From positions 92,320-156,319 of the forward strand of contig MGUK01000084.1 of the NCBI GenBank assembly GCA_001799995.1: DNA of 64,000 nt. The letters run 5' to 3'. Shown in pieces: positions 32,640 through 42,494 of this stretch. The notes below the pieces were generated by a model that made no database searches, was not told the DNA's origin, and worked only from the letters and a program-made list of their open reading frames with translations. Position numbers and translations under genes: made by a program. This stretch comes from Elusimicrobia bacterium GWF2_62_30. GTDB lineage: Bacteria > Elusimicrobiota > Elusimicrobia > Elusimicrobiales > UBA9959. Positions within the stretch are counted from its first letter, which is position 1. The number at the start of each line of letters is the position of its first letter.

Positions 32640-33551
32640 TTACTTCTTTTTCTTGAATTCCTTCCAGACCGTCTTGAAATCCTCCGGCATCGGGGATTCC
32701 AGCGTTATTTTCTTAGCCGTCAGCGGGTGTTTGAAGCTGAGCCTTGTGGAATGGAGCAGCATGCGCGCGGCGGGGCGGCCGTTGTAGAGGCTGTCGCCGA
32801 TGATGGAGTTGCCCATGTATTCCATGTGGATGCGGATCTGGTTGGTGCGGCCGGTATGCGGGTAGATCTCGAGCAGCGCGCAGTCGGCGCCGCGCTCCTT
32901 GATCTTGTATTCGGTGACGGCGTCACGGCCGAACTCCCAGACCTTTATCTTCTTGAAACCCGTAGCGCGGCCTATCGGGGCGTCTATAGTCCCCGTCCGC
33001 TGCGCCGGGATGCCGCCCACCGCGCCGAGGTAGGTCTTTTCCATCAGCCGGTCCCTGAACCCGCGGGTCAGCACGGCCTGCGCCTCCGGGGTTTTGGCCA
33101 GGATCATCAGGCCGCTCGTGTCGCGGTCCAGGCGGTGCACCAGGCCCAGCCGGTCCACGCCGCTCTTCGCGACCGCGGGCCGCGCGGTGAAAAGCAGGGA
33201 GATCAGGGTCGGTTCGCCCATCAGCGAAGACTGCGGGTTTACCTGCCAGTTGGCGGAGTTCGGGTGCACGGCCATCCCGGCCGGCTTTTCAATGGCTATC
33301 AGGGATTTGTCCTCGAAGAGGACCAGGCCTTCGAAGCCGGCCTGGCGCTTCCCGGCCTGCGGCACGCTTATTTCCAGGAGGTCGCCCTCGTGCAGCATGT
33401 AGGAGGGCTTGCGGATATCCCCGTTCACCGTGGCGAGCCCGCCTTCGATAAGGGACCGGGAGTAGGCCCTGGAAAAATTCTCGCCGTTCTCCGTAAGGAA
33501 AACGTCCAGCCTCAGCGGTGCCCCGTCATAAACGATCTTGTTTTTTTTCAT
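32640..33551 (-). CDS. RluA/RluD-family pseudouridine synthase with S4 domain
   Basis: RLDVFL, KPAGMAVHP, VHRLDRDTSG, TGRTNQIRIH, GDSLY. Confidence 0.93.
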   Translation of the reverse strand: MKKNKIVYDGAPLRLDVFLTENGENFSRAYSRSLIEGGLATVNGDIRKPSYMLHEGDLLEISVPQAGKRQAGFEGLVLFEDKSLIAIEKPAGMAVHPNSANWQVNPQSSLMGEPTLISLLFTARPAVAKSGVDRLGLVHRLDRDTSGLMILAKTPEAQAVLTRGFRDRLMEKTYLGAVGGIPAQRTGTIDAPIGRATGFKKIKVWEFGRDAVTEYKIKERGADCALLEIYPHTGRTNQIRIHMEYMGNSIIGDSLYNGRPAARMLLHSTRLSFKHPLTAKKITLESPMPEDFKTVWKEFKKKK

Positions 33552-34335
33552 AATTTCTTTTTAGTATACCAATATAAACGGCAGCGGCGCAGAATATAGC
33601 GCAGGAAAACAGCTGGGCGGGCGAAAGCCCCAGCAGGAAAGCCCCGCGGTCGTCGCCGCGCAGGAATTCCAGGCCGAAGCGCTGCGCGCTGTAAAGGAGC
33701 GCGTAAAGGCCCGGCACGGTACCGGCGGGGAGCCTGCCTTTCAGGGCGCGGCCCAGCGCGGCGTTGAGGAAGGCGAAGATGACCAGGTTCCCGGCGGCCT
33801 CGTAAAGCTGCGTGGGGTGCAGGGGAACGCCGAGATAGGCCGGGGCCACTTCCGAGGCCGGGTCGGTGAAGGTCACGCCCAGCGCGCAGGACGTGGGGCT
33901 GCCGTGGCAGCAGCCGGCCAGGAAACAGCCTATGCGCCCGAAGGCGTGGCCAAGCGCTACCGCGGGCGCGAAGACGTCGGCGGCGCGGCGCCAGTCTTTC
34001 AGCTTTTTCCTGGCTGACAGGAAAAAGCCGGCCAGGCCGCCCAGCAGCCCGCCGTAGAACACGAAGCCGTAGCGGAAGTTGGTCAGCAGGTACGCCAGCC
34101 TTTCGGCCAGGCCCGCGCCGAATTCCCTCCAGTATGTGACGGCGTAGAACAGCTTCGCGCCGGCCATCCCGCTCAGGACCGAATAAAATACTACGTCGGA
34201 AACGTCGTCTTTTTTCAGCCCCGCGGCCGCGGCTTTGCGGAAGATATAGAAGATCGCCGCCAGGTAGCCGGCCGCCACCAGCAGGCCGTAGGCCGGGAAG
34301 CTGAAGGAGCCGAGCTGAAAAATTACCGGGTGCAT
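33526..34335 (-). CDS. lgt: Prolipoprotein diacylglyceryl transferase
   Basis: FYGG, GRIGCFLAGCC.G, HPTQLYE, RF..EFLRGD. Confidence 0.92.
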   Translation of the reverse strand: MHPVIFQLGSFSFPAYGLLVAAGYLAAIFYIFRKAAAAGLKKDDVSDVVFYSVLSGMAGAKLFYAVTYWREFGAGLAERLAYLLTNFRYGFVFYGGLLGGLAGFFLSARKKLKDWRRAADVFAPAVALGHAFGRIGCFLAGCCHGSPTSCALGVTFTDPASEVAPAYLGVPLHPTQLYEAAGNLVIFAFLNAALGRALKGRLPAGTVPGLYALLYSAQRFGLEFLRGDDRGAFLLGLSPAQLFSCAIFCAAAVYIGILKRNYEKKQDRL

Positions 34336-34982
34336 AGGGAGCTGTGATTCGCCTTGAGGAATTCTATTGCCAGGCTGAAGTCGGTCAGCCGGGAGGCCTT
34401 TATGCCGCGCTCCCTGCAGAGGCGGTACAGCCTCCCTGAGGCGTAGACCTTGTCGGCCAGGGCGGCCGCCTTCAGGTCGTTAGGCCCGTCCCCGAAGAAG
34501 ACCACCTTGCGCCCGGCGCGCTTGAGCCGGCTTACCCTGGAGGCCTTGAACGAGCTCAGGTCCGTGCGCTTGAGGAAAGGGTAGGTTATCTTGATCCCGC
34601 CTTCCGCCACGCGAGCCCGGCCGAAGAAGGATTTCACGCTCACCCCGTGCTTTTTAAAGAAAGGCCCGGCGTAGAGGTCTATGCCGCCGCTGGCGACCTC
34701 GAAAGGTATCTTGTGCCTGCCGCAGAAGCGCGCAAAGGCCCTGAACCCCGGCCGCGACTTTACGCGCGTCCGGACGAAAGCCGCTATGGCGCGCTCGGTC
34801 AGCCTGGCCCCGGAGAAAGCCCGCTTCATGAAATCTTCCACGCGCACTTTCAGGGAATAAGACGCTTCGATGGTCTCTTTGTCGGAGAAACCGTAATGCA
34901 GCAGCAGGTGGTCGCCCACATCGCGCATGGTTATCGTGCCGTCAAAATCGGAGACGGCCGCCCAGTTCGCGGCCCGCTTCAC
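34323..34982 (-). CDS. HAD-superfamily (MtnX-like, subfamily IB) phosphatase
   Basis: DFDGTIT, SGG, GDGPND motifs. Confidence 0.85.
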   Translation of the reverse strand: MKRAANWAAVSDFDGTITMRDVGDHLLLHYGFSDKETIEASYSLKVRVEDFMKRAFSGARLTERAIAAFVRTRVKSRPGFRAFARFCGRHKIPFEVASGGIDLYAGPFFKKHGVSVKSFFGRARVAEGGIKITYPFLKRTDLSSFKASRVSRLKRAGRKVVFFGDGPNDLKAAALADKVYASGRLYRLCRERGIKASRLTDFSLAIEFLKANHSSLCTR

Positions 34983-35611
34983 ACTACCGCCTTTAAAAAC
35001 TCTTCGCGCCGTCCTGCCCGCGCGTACTTCAGGTAAAGATTGTATTCCTTCTGCACCCCGAAGGTGGATTTATCCCCGTTGTAGGAGTGGCCGGGGTAGA
35101 CGGAGCTGCCGTCGGGCAGGGCGGAAAGCTTCACGAAGCTGTCATAGAGCGCCTCGGGGCTGGAGCCGGGCAGGTCCACCCTGCCGCACTCGCCTACGAA
35201 AAGCGTATCGCCGGTATAAACGCCGCCGCCGGCCTGGAAACAGACGGAGCCGGGGGTGTGGCCCGGGGTGTGGAGCACGGTTATCTTCAGGGCCCCGGCC
35301 TCCAGGACCTCTCCGTCGGCCAGCGGTTTCAGCACCGGCGGGCGGTACTCCAGCATGAACCTGTCCGCCTCGTGGAGGTAGACCGGCAGTTCCTTGTCTT
35401 TCTCCGTAAAATAAGCGACGCCGTTGACGTGGTCGGGATGGGCGTGCGTGAGCAGGACGCACTTCAGCAGCAGGTTCTCCGCTTTGATGAATTCCTCCAG
35501 CTTCGCCGGCTGCCAGGCGGGGTCGATCACGGCCGCGTCGCGGGTCTTCTCGTCCCAGAGCAGGTAGGAAAAATTGTCCATCGGGCCCAGCTTGAACTGT
35601 CTGCTCTTCAT
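34979..35611 (-). CDS. MBL-fold metallo-hydrolase (glyoxalase II/ETHE1-like)
   Basis: THAHPDH, TPGHTPGS, TGDTLF, PGH. Confidence 0.9.
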   Translation of the reverse strand: MKSRQFKLGPMDNFSYLLWDEKTRDAAVIDPAWQPAKLEEFIKAENLLLKCVLLTHAHPDHVNGVAYFTEKDKELPVYLHEADRFMLEYRPPVLKPLADGEVLEAGALKITVLHTPGHTPGSVCFQAGGGVYTGDTLFVGECGRVDLPGSSPEALYDSFVKLSALPDGSSVYPGHSYNGDKSTFGVQKEYNLYLKYARAGRREEFLKAVV

Positions 35612-35898
35612 TTGTCGGACTCCTTCGGCGGGGGGAAGCGGTATACGGTCTCGCCCGGCTTGATCAGGCCCAGCTCGCTGCGCGCGGCCTGTTCCACGGC
35701 CGGCTGGGCGTTGGTTTCCTTCAGCCGTTTCGCCAGGTCCGACCGCTGCGTTTCCAGCTCCGCTTTCCTGCTCATGAGGGTGCGGTATTCGCGGTAATTG
35801 TTCAAAAGGTTCCTGAAGCCGCGGTTGCCCAGCAGTATGAGCGCGGCGACCAGGATCAGGACGTACTTCAGCTTTATTTTTGCGCGGATCGATGCCAT
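35608..35898 (-). CDS. ftsB: Septum formation initiator (FtsB/DivIC family)
   Basis: TM, coiled coil and 'EQAARSELGLIKPGE'; follows eno as in many bacteria. Confidence 0.85.
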   Translation of the reverse strand: MASIRAKIKLKYVLILVAALILLGNRGFRNLLNNYREYRTLMSRKAELETQRSDLAKRLKETNAQPAVEQAARSELGLIKPGETVYRFPPPKESDK

Positions 35899-35909
35899 TT
35901 TAAAGGTGC

Positions 35910-35943
35910 AAAAAAACCCCGCCGGGACGCGGCGGGGTTTTTT
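35910..35943 (-). terminator. Intrinsic terminator after eno
   Basis: aaaaaaccccgccg-ggacg-cggcggggtttttt. Confidence 0.85.
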
Positions 35944-35955
35944 GCCGGGGCCCTG

Positions 35956-37239
35956 TTACTTGAACTTGAAGACGGAGTCTTTCGCGTAGCGGGCCTTCTT
36001 GCCGAGTTCTTCTTCTATGCGGATAAGCTGGTTGTACTTGCACAGGCGCTCCGAGCGGCAGGGGGCGCCGGTCTTTATCGCGCCGGCGTTCGTGGCCACG
36101 GCCAGGTCCGCAATAAAGGCGTCCTCGGTCTCGCCGGAGCGGTGGCTGATCACGGTGGCGTAATTCGCCCTGTGGGCCTGCTCGATGACGCGCACGGTCT
36201 CGGTCAGGGAGCCGATCTGGTTAAGCTTGATGAGGATGGCGTTGCCCACTTCTTCCTCGATGCCCCGCTTGAGGCGCTCGGGGTTGGTGACAAAAATGTC
36301 GTCGCCGACCACCCGGGCCTTCTTGCACAGGTTCTTCGACAGGTGGTCCCAGCCTTCCCAATCGTCCTCGGCGAGCGGGTCCTCGTAGGAGATGATCGGG
36401 AAATGCTTGCGCCACTCGGCGTACTTGGACGTCATTTCCTGGGCGGTCAGGTTCGACCCTTCGAACACGTAGCGGTCGTTCTGGAAGAATTCGCTGGCGG
36501 CGGAATCCAGCGCTATCTGCACTTCCTTGAAGGTGTAGCCCGCTTCTTTTATAGCGTTGCAGATGGTCTCCAGCACGGACTCGTGCGTGAAGATCTTGGG
36601 GGCGAAGCCGCCCTCGTCGCCTACGGCCGTGGTGTAGCCGGCCTTGGCCAGTATTTTCTTAAGCGTGTGATAGATCTCGCAGCCCATGCGCACGGCGTCC
36701 GTGAACCTGGCCGCGCCCGTGGGGACTATCATGAACTCCTGGATGTTGATGCCGGAATCGGCGTGCTTGCCGCCGTTGATGATGTTCATCATCGGGGCGG
36801 GGATAATGAAATCCTTGTGCTTGAGGCCGTAGGCCTTGCGGATGTAGGCGTAGAGCGGGAGTTTTGCCGAGACCGCGCCGGCGCGGGCCAGCGCCATGGA
36901 GACGGAGAGAATGGAATTGGCGCCCAGCTTGGTCTTCATCTGGGTGCCGTCCAGCTCTATCATCATCTCGTCGATCTTTATCTGGTCGGCCTTGAGGCCG
37001 GTTATCTCGTCGGCGATGGGCTTGTTCACGTTCTCCACGGCCTTGGTGACGCCTTTGCCGAGGTAGCGCTTGCCGCCGTCGCGCATTTCAAGGGCCTCAT
37101 GGGAGCCGGTGGAAGCTCCGCTCGGCACCGCCGCCCGCCCGAAGGAACCGTCGGTAAGGAGCACGTCGGTCTCCACGGTGGGGAAACCGCGCGAGTCGAG
37201 GATCTCCCTGGCTGTGATCTTCTTTATTTTAGCGTCCAT
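35956..37239 (-). CDS. eno: Enolase
   Basis: [39 protein letters not shown]. Confidence 0.98.
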   Translation of the reverse strand: MDAKIKKITAREILDSRGFPTVETDVLLTDGSFGRAAVPSGASTGSHEALEMRDGGKRYLGKGVTKAVENVNKPIADEITGLKADQIKIDEMMIELDGTQMKTKLGANSILSVSMALARAGAVSAKLPLYAYIRKAYGLKHKDFIIPAPMMNIINGGKHADSGINIQEFMIVPTGAARFTDAVRMGCEIYHTLKKILAKAGYTTAVGDEGGFAPKIFTHESVLETICNAIKEAGYTFKEVQIALDSAASEFFQNDRYVFEGSNLTAQEMTSKYAEWRKHFPIISYEDPLAEDDWEGWDHLSKNLCKKARVVGDDIFVTNPERLKRGIEEEVGNAILIKLNQIGSLTETVRVIEQAHRANYATVISHRSGETEDAFIADLAVATNAGAIKTGAPCRSERLCKYNQLIRIEEELGKKARYAKDSVFKFK

Positions 37240-37289
37240 TGTGTTTTTTTCTCCTAAGCAGGTCCGCCGCCTTAACCGGCGCCGGCCTT

Positions 37290-38786
37290 CTAAAATTTAC
37301 CGCCGACTATCTTCTTGCCGGCTTCGTTGAGCGCGGCCGAGGTCTTGGGCGAGAAGGTTTCCGTATAGACACGCACCACGGGCTCCGTGCCGGAGGGCCG
37401 CAGGCCGAGCCAGCTCCCGTCCTTCATGATGAACTTGAACCCGTCCGTGTGGTCTATGCGCCAGACGGAGGCCCCCGCCAGGTTGAGCGGCGGATTCAAT
37501 TTGAGGCGCTCTACGAGGGATTCCATGTTCATGTTCCCGTCCAGGCGCAGGTTCGTCCGTGAAGTGATGAAGCTGCCGTGGCGCTTGTTCATGTCAGCGA
37601 TGATCTTCTTGATAGGTTTGCGCTCGTAGGCCACCATTTCCGCCATCAGCAGGCAGGCGAGGATGCCGTCCTTCTCCGGCACGTGGTTCATTATCGAGAG
37701 CCCGGCCGATTCTTCGCCGCCTATGATGTACTGGCCGGTGCGCAGGAGGTTGCCGATGTGCTTGAAGCCTACGGCGGTCTCGCGCACTTCCAGGCCGTGG
37801 TGCTTGGCCACCGCGTCCACGAAGTGGGAGGTCATCACCGAGCGGGCGACCTTGCCTTTCAGCCCGCGGTTCTTGACCAGGTGCTCCAGCACGAGGCCCA
37901 GCACCAGGTTCGGGGAGATCCAGGTCCCGTCGGAATCTATGACGCCGTAGCGGTCCGCGTCGCCGTCGCACGCGAGGCCCAGGTGGAGCTTGTTCTTGAG
38001 CACGGCGGCCTTCAGCCCGCCCAGGTTCTCTTCGTCGGTGTCCGGGGAGTGCCCGCCGAACAGCACGTCGCGCTCTTCCCGCAGGCCTATGACCTTGGCC
38101 CCCGCCTCTTCCAGGATAGGGCGCAGGTAGGTGCGCGCCGCCCCGTGGACGGAGTCGGCCGCGATCTTCAGCCCGGCTTTCTTTATGGCGGAAAGATCCA
38201 GCAGCGAAGCGATCTGCTTCTTATAGTTCGCGTGGAAATCCTCCACGCGGATGATCCCTGCGGAAACGCCGTGCTCGAAAGGTATATGCTTTTCCACTTC
38301 GGCGTTGGTGAGCGCCTGCACCCTGGCCTCGAGGTCGTTGGTGATCTCGCTTATGGCCGGGCCGCCCCAGTAGGGCGTCCACTTGAACCCGTTGTACTGC
38401 GGGGGGTTGTGGCTGGCGGTCAGCATCACGCCGCCGGCGGAGTTGGTCCGCATCACTTCCCACGCCACCACGGGGGTGGGGGTCTCGGTGTTGGAGATGG
38501 CGGCCGTTATGCTTTCGGCCGCGATGGCTTCAGCCACGGTCTTGGCGAAATCTTCGGAGAGATAGCGGGTATCGTAGCCTACTATGATCTTGGCCGTCTT
38601 GGGCGGCTGCTTGTCCAGTTTCTTCAGGTTGAGGAGGTATTCCTCGCCCTTGAAACCGTATTCCTTGTGCTCGTTCACGTGTTCCGCCACGGCGTGGCTG
38701 ACGCGGCGCAGGTTGTTTATATTGAATTCTTCGGCTATTATTGCCCTCCAGCCAGAGGTGCCGAATTTGATATTTGAGGTCGCCAT
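37290..38786 (-). CDS. Phosphoglucomutase/phosphomannomutase family protein
   Basis: FGTSGWR, TASHNP, DGDADR, GEES, RPSGTEP; start at MATSN. Confidence 0.93.
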   Translation of the reverse strand: MATSNIKFGTSGWRAIIAEEFNINNLRRVSHAVAEHVNEHKEYGFKGEEYLLNLKKLDKQPPKTAKIIVGYDTRYLSEDFAKTVAEAIAAESITAAISNTETPTPVVAWEVMRTNSAGGVMLTASHNPPQYNGFKWTPYWGGPAISEITNDLEARVQALTNAEVEKHIPFEHGVSAGIIRVEDFHANYKKQIASLLDLSAIKKAGLKIAADSVHGAARTYLRPILEEAGAKVIGLREERDVLFGGHSPDTDEENLGGLKAAVLKNKLHLGLACDGDADRYGVIDSDGTWISPNLVLGLVLEHLVKNRGLKGKVARSVMTSHFVDAVAKHHGLEVRETAVGFKHIGNLLRTGQYIIGGEESAGLSIMNHVPEKDGILACLLMAEMVAYERKPIKKIIADMNKRHGSFITSRTNLRLDGNMNMESLVERLKLNPPLNLAGASVWRIDHTDGFKFIMKDGSWLGLRPSGTEPVVRVYTETFSPKTSAALNEAGKKIVGGKF

Positions 38787-38794
38787 AGCTTCTG

Positions 38795-38803
38795 AATATA
38801 GCA
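38795..38803 (-). promoter_or_regulatory. Extended -10 (TGcTATATT) 8 nt before the phosphohexomutase ATG
   Basis: Minus strand reads tgc-TATATT-cagaagct-ATG. Confidence 0.5.
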
Positions 38804-38892
38804 AAAAAGACTTTATAAAGCAAAGAATGGCCTACATTACGCCCGGGGCCGGCCGCCCGGCCCGTATTTTTTGTAGAATATACCGTATCCTG

Positions 38893-39369
38893 ATGAAGAA
38901 ATCACTTGTCATGGCCGGCCTGCTGGCGGCGGGCCCTTTATACGGGGCCGCGCCGGAGCCGGCGATGGAGCTCAAAGGCTATCTCTCCTCCTGGACGCAG
39001 AGCTGCCCCGGCGGCGCCTGCTCGCTGCCCAAACCGGGAGAGCGCAACCGGCCCGTCACGCTGCGGCTCGGGCTGCCGTCTTCCCCGGGGGAAGCTTCCG
39101 CCGTTAAGACTTTCCAGGAGCTTGCCCTGCCCGGGGGCGGCGTCCTGTCCGCGGGACTGGATTTTTTCGCCATCTGCCCGTACGCGGGCAGGGGCAACTG
39201 CGCCGGGCGCTATTTCCAGGCGCAGGTCTCCCTTTCCGGGCCCGCCGGCGCCTTCTGCGCCGCGGCCCTGAACCCCGGTGACTTCGATCCTTTCCCCGTG
39301 CTGATGTGCGCGGGCCTGGCCCCCGACGGTACCCGCTTCGGCGTCACGCTGCACCGGCTCCCGCTATAA
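38893..39369 (+). CDS. Hypothetical secreted Cys-containing protein
   Basis: Signal peptide from MKKSLV; six Cys; TAGAAT box just upstream. Confidence 0.7.
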   Translation: MKKSLVMAGLLAAGPLYGAAPEPAMELKGYLSSWTQSCPGGACSLPKPGERNRPVTLRLGLPSSPGEASAVKTFQELALPGGGVLSAGLDFFAICPYAGRGNCAGRYFQAQVSLSGPAGAFCAAALNPGDFDPFPVLMCAGLAPDGTRFGVTLHRLPL

Positions 39370-39372
39370 ATT

Positions 39373-40065
39373 ATGACGACGACAAAACCCGATGTGTTCT
39401 CCCGCAGCTGGCCGGTAGCCGAAACGGCGGCGTACTTCGCCGCGCTTACCGCGGCGGACGACGGGTTCGCGCCCGAAGCGGCGGCGGCGATGGAGCGCGG
39501 GGGCGTGCGCGACCGGGCCGTGACGTCGCTGGAAGGCAGGCTGCTGGAAGCGCTGGCAAGGATCTCAGGCGCGAGGAAGGCCGTGGAGATCGGGACGCTT
39601 TACGGCTACTCGGCGCACTGGATCGCCAGGGGCATGCCGGAGTCCGGCAGGCTTTATTCGCTTGAAAAGGACCCGGCCTGCGTGAACGCGGCCAAGGACG
39701 CGGTAGCGGCTTCGATGCTGTCGCGCAAGGTCACCGTCATGGAAGGCCCGGCGGCCGAAAGCCTGAAAACCCTTTCCAAGCTGGCGCCGTTCGATCTCTG
39801 CTTTATCGACGCCGACGCCGGGGAGTACCCGGATCACCTGCGCTGGGCCGCGGCCAACCTGCGCCCCGGCGGCCTGGTGCTGGCGAACAACGTCTTCATA
39901 GAAGGCAGGATCCCCGCGGCGGATTGCAGCGCGGCGGACAATACCCGCGCCCGCGCGATGCGGGAATTCTTCCACATCCTCTTCGATTCCGACCGCTTCG
40001 TGTCCGCCTCCGTTATCCCTACCCGGGAAGGAATGGCGCTCGGGGTAAAGACGCAGGCAAAGTGA
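39373..40065 (+). CDS. Class I SAM-dependent O-methyltransferase-like protein (CCoAOMT/YrrM type) with altered active site
   Basis: EIGTLYGYS, FIDAD, LRPGG; DADK->DADA, DN->NN. Confidence 0.82.
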   Translation: MTTTKPDVFSRSWPVAETAAYFAALTAADDGFAPEAAAAMERGGVRDRAVTSLEGRLLEALARISGARKAVEIGTLYGYSAHWIARGMPESGRLYSLEKDPACVNAAKDAVAASMLSRKVTVMEGPAAESLKTLSKLAPFDLCFIDADAGEYPDHLRWAAANLRPGGLVLANNVFIEGRIPAADCSAADNTRARAMREFFHILFDSDRFVSASVIPTREGMALGVKTQAK

Positions 40066-41222
40066 ATATCCGCACCCTGTCGCTGCTAACGCTGCTGCTG
40101 GCCTTCTCCGCCTGTACGGAGGAGGACGCGGCCAGGCCGCGCTTCGCGGCCAGGAACCAGCCGGCGCCGGAGCTGCGCCTGCCCAAACTGCTGAACGCCC
40201 CCGCGGCGGAAATACGCGGCTGGGACGCTCTCCGGGACAAGGCCGTGGTGCTGGAATTCTGGGCCACCTGGTGCGAGGAATGCGTGGACTCCATCCCGCA
40301 CCTCAACGACCTGGCGGCGGCTGCCGGCGACGCCCCCGTGGTCTTCATCTCGGTCACCGACGAGTCCGAAGCGGACGTGAAGGAATTCCTCAAGTCCCAT
40401 CCCATGAAGGGCTGGATAGCTCCGGAGGCCGGGGCGGACATTTTCAGGGCCTTCCGGGTTTACGGGCGGCCGCACACGGTACTTATCTCCAGGGACGGCA
40501 GGGTGGCCGATATCACCGTCCCCGGCGCGGTTACGGAGGAGGCGGTGAAAAGGCTCCTCAGCGGCGCTCCGGCGGCCCAGGCGGGGCGCTCCGCCCCGGC
40601 GGCCGCGGACGTGCTGGCCGAATTCTATCTGGCGGAGGCCGCCGTTTCCGTCTCCAGCGCCAGCTACGGCCCCGACCGCATGAGCGGCGCGGGCATACCG
40701 CTTAAGCACGCTTTTGATTTCGTCTTCGGCCAGGCCGACAAGCTGGAGGTCAAGCCGGAGGCCGCGCGGGCGATGAACGGTTTTTACGATATACGCTTCC
40801 GCTTCCCGAAGGGCCGCGGTGAAAAGTACCGCAGGGAGTTCTTCCTGAAAGGGCTGGAAACAGCGCTGGGGCTGAAGGTGAAAGACCTTTCAAAGGAATC
40901 CGAAGTGTACCTGCTTAAAAGGGCGCCCGGCGGGCCGCTCAACGTCAGGAAGAAGGAGACCCCCGGCGCGGCCGGCTCCGACGGGGGGAAATGCGCGGTG
41001 GATGGCGGGTCGTTCGGCGTGCTCGGCGCCGCGCTGGCCGAGAGGCTGGGCGAACCGGTGCTCGACGAGACCGGGCTTAAAGGTTATTACGCCTATGCCT
41101 TCGATTTTAAAAGCGGCGATAAAAAAACTTTCAACGCCGAATTGAATTCCCAGCTGGGGCTGCGGCTCGAGCGGCGCCTGCGCAAGATCCGCGTGCTCGA
41201 GATCAGCCGGCCGGAACCATGA
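40062..41222 (+). CDS. Lipoprotein: TlpA-like redoxin domain fused to DUF3738/TIGR03435-like domain
   Basis: Lipobox FSAC; EFWATWCEEC; 'PVLDETGLKG.Y...LGLRLE'; GTG start overlapping upstream TGA. Confidence 0.75.
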   Translation: MNIRTLSLLTLLLAFSACTEEDAARPRFAARNQPAPELRLPKLLNAPAAEIRGWDALRDKAVVLEFWATWCEECVDSIPHLNDLAAAAGDAPVVFISVTDESEADVKEFLKSHPMKGWIAPEAGADIFRAFRVYGRPHTVLISRDGRVADITVPGAVTEEAVKRLLSGAPAAQAGRSAPAAADVLAEFYLAEAAVSVSSASYGPDRMSGAGIPLKHAFDFVFGQADKLEVKPEAARAMNGFYDIRFRFPKGRGEKYRREFFLKGLETALGLKVKDLSKESEVYLLKRAPGGPLNVRKKETPGAAGSDGGKCAVDGGSFGVLGAALAERLGEPVLDETGLKGYYAYAFDFKSGDKKTFNAELNSQLGLRLERRLRKIRVLEISRPEP

Positions 41223-41644
41223 AAAGATTGTCCTCCAAACCCACCGTCTATCTGATCGACGGCTCCAATTTCTCCATGCGCTTCTGGGAGAAGGCCGGCG
41301 GCGTCTCGGCGGAACAGCTCGAAAAGGAATTCGTGAACTGGCTCGCGGAAGTAGCGCGCGCGGAGCTGCTGCGGGCTTCGTGCTTCCGGGTGGTGTTCGA
41401 CGGCCCCTGCCGCCGGAGCGGGCCGGCCGGCCCTTCGATAACCATTTATTACAGCGATTCGGAGCCGGCCGACGAGATGCTGGTGGAGCGCGGCTACTTC
41501 ATGCAGAACGAGGGGATCCGCGCCATCATCGTCACTTCTGACAACGGCCTGCGCGACCGCGCCGCCGCCGAGGGCGTAAAGACCATGAACTGCGAGACTT
41601 TCCTTAAGCTCGCCGGGGACGAGCTCCGCCGGGAGAGCCGCTGA
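41219..41644 (+). CDS. NYN-domain (YacP-like, PIN fold) ribonuclease
   Basis: IDGSN, VVFDG, ADE, VTSD. Confidence 0.8.
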   Translation: MKRLSSKPTVYLIDGSNFSMRFWEKAGGVSAEQLEKEFVNWLAEVARAELLRASCFRVVFDGPCRRSGPAGPSITIYYSDSEPADEMLVERGYFMQNEGIRAIIVTSDNGLRDRAAAEGVKTMNCETFLKLAGDELRRESR

Positions 41645-41735
41645 CCCGCCCGCGGGCATTTTTGCGGATATTCTGCCGCCGTAAATTTGTAGAATATTGT
41701 GCTGACGCGGGCCGGATGCCGCGGGCGTGTTTTCA

Positions 41736-41819
41736 GGGCTTGTGGCGGAACTGGTAGACGCGACGGACTTAAAATTCGTTGGCCGCAAGGCCGTGTGGGT
41801 TCGAGTCCCACCATGCCCA
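41736..41819 (+). tRNA. tRNA-Leu (anticodon TAA)
   Basis: D-loop with GG, anticodon loop CTTAAAA, long variable arm ggcc-gcaa-ggcc, T-loop GGTTCGAGTCC; CCA not encoded. Confidence 0.93.
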
Positions 41820-41843
41820 CACACTGAACGGTTTTGAACGATC

Positions 41844-42482
41844 ATGGAGGCTTCTATGGGATTTGCACCTGCGGGGATAAAACTGATAATCGGCGGCATA
41901 ATCGCGGCCGCTGGCGGCGGCGCTTTAATGGGCTGCTGCCGCTGGGCGGGCATCCCGCTGCTCTTTCTCGGCGTATTCTTCGCCGGCTTCTCGGCCTATT
42001 TCTTCCGCGACCCTGAGCGGCCCAAAACTTTCGCGCCCGGCGAGATAGCCTGTCCCGCGGACGGCACCGTGCTGACCATCAAGAACGAGGGCACCCCGGG
42101 CATTACCGTCATCCGCATTTTCCTTTCCGTCCTGAACGTGCACGTGCAGCGCTCGCCGCTGGAAGGCAAGGTGGAGAAGGTGAAGTTCACGCAGGGGAAG
42201 TTCGCCATCGCCTACAAGCCGGAGGCCGCCGATAACCAGCGCAACCTCATCCGGATAACCGGCGCCGGCGGTCGCGCCGTCGAGATAGAGCAGATAACCG
42301 GCTCCATCGCCCGCCGCATCGCCTGCTATGTGAAAGAGGGCCAGGAAGTGAAGGCCGGCGAGCGGGTAGGCATGATCTATTTCGGTTCGCAGGTAGCCGT
42401 CTACCTGCCCGAGTCGGCGAAGATAAGCGTGAAGCCCGGCGACAAAGTGGCCGGCGCCGAAACCGTGCTGGGCCAGTGGTGA
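41844..42482 (+). CDS. psd: Phosphatidylserine decarboxylase proenzyme (short type)
   Basis: FFRDPER, PADG, IFLSVLNVHVQRSP, FGS cleavage site. Confidence 0.93.
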   Translation: MEASMGFAPAGIKLIIGGIIAAAGGGALMGCCRWAGIPLLFLGVFFAGFSAYFFRDPERPKTFAPGEIACPADGTVLTIKNEGTPGITVIRIFLSVLNVHVQRSPLEGKVEKVKFTQGKFAIAYKPEAADNQRNLIRITGAGGRAVEIEQITGSIARRIACYVKEGQEVKAGERVGMIYFGSQVAVYLPESAKISVKPGDKVAGAETVLGQW

Positions 42483-42494
42483 GGTGAAACTAAC

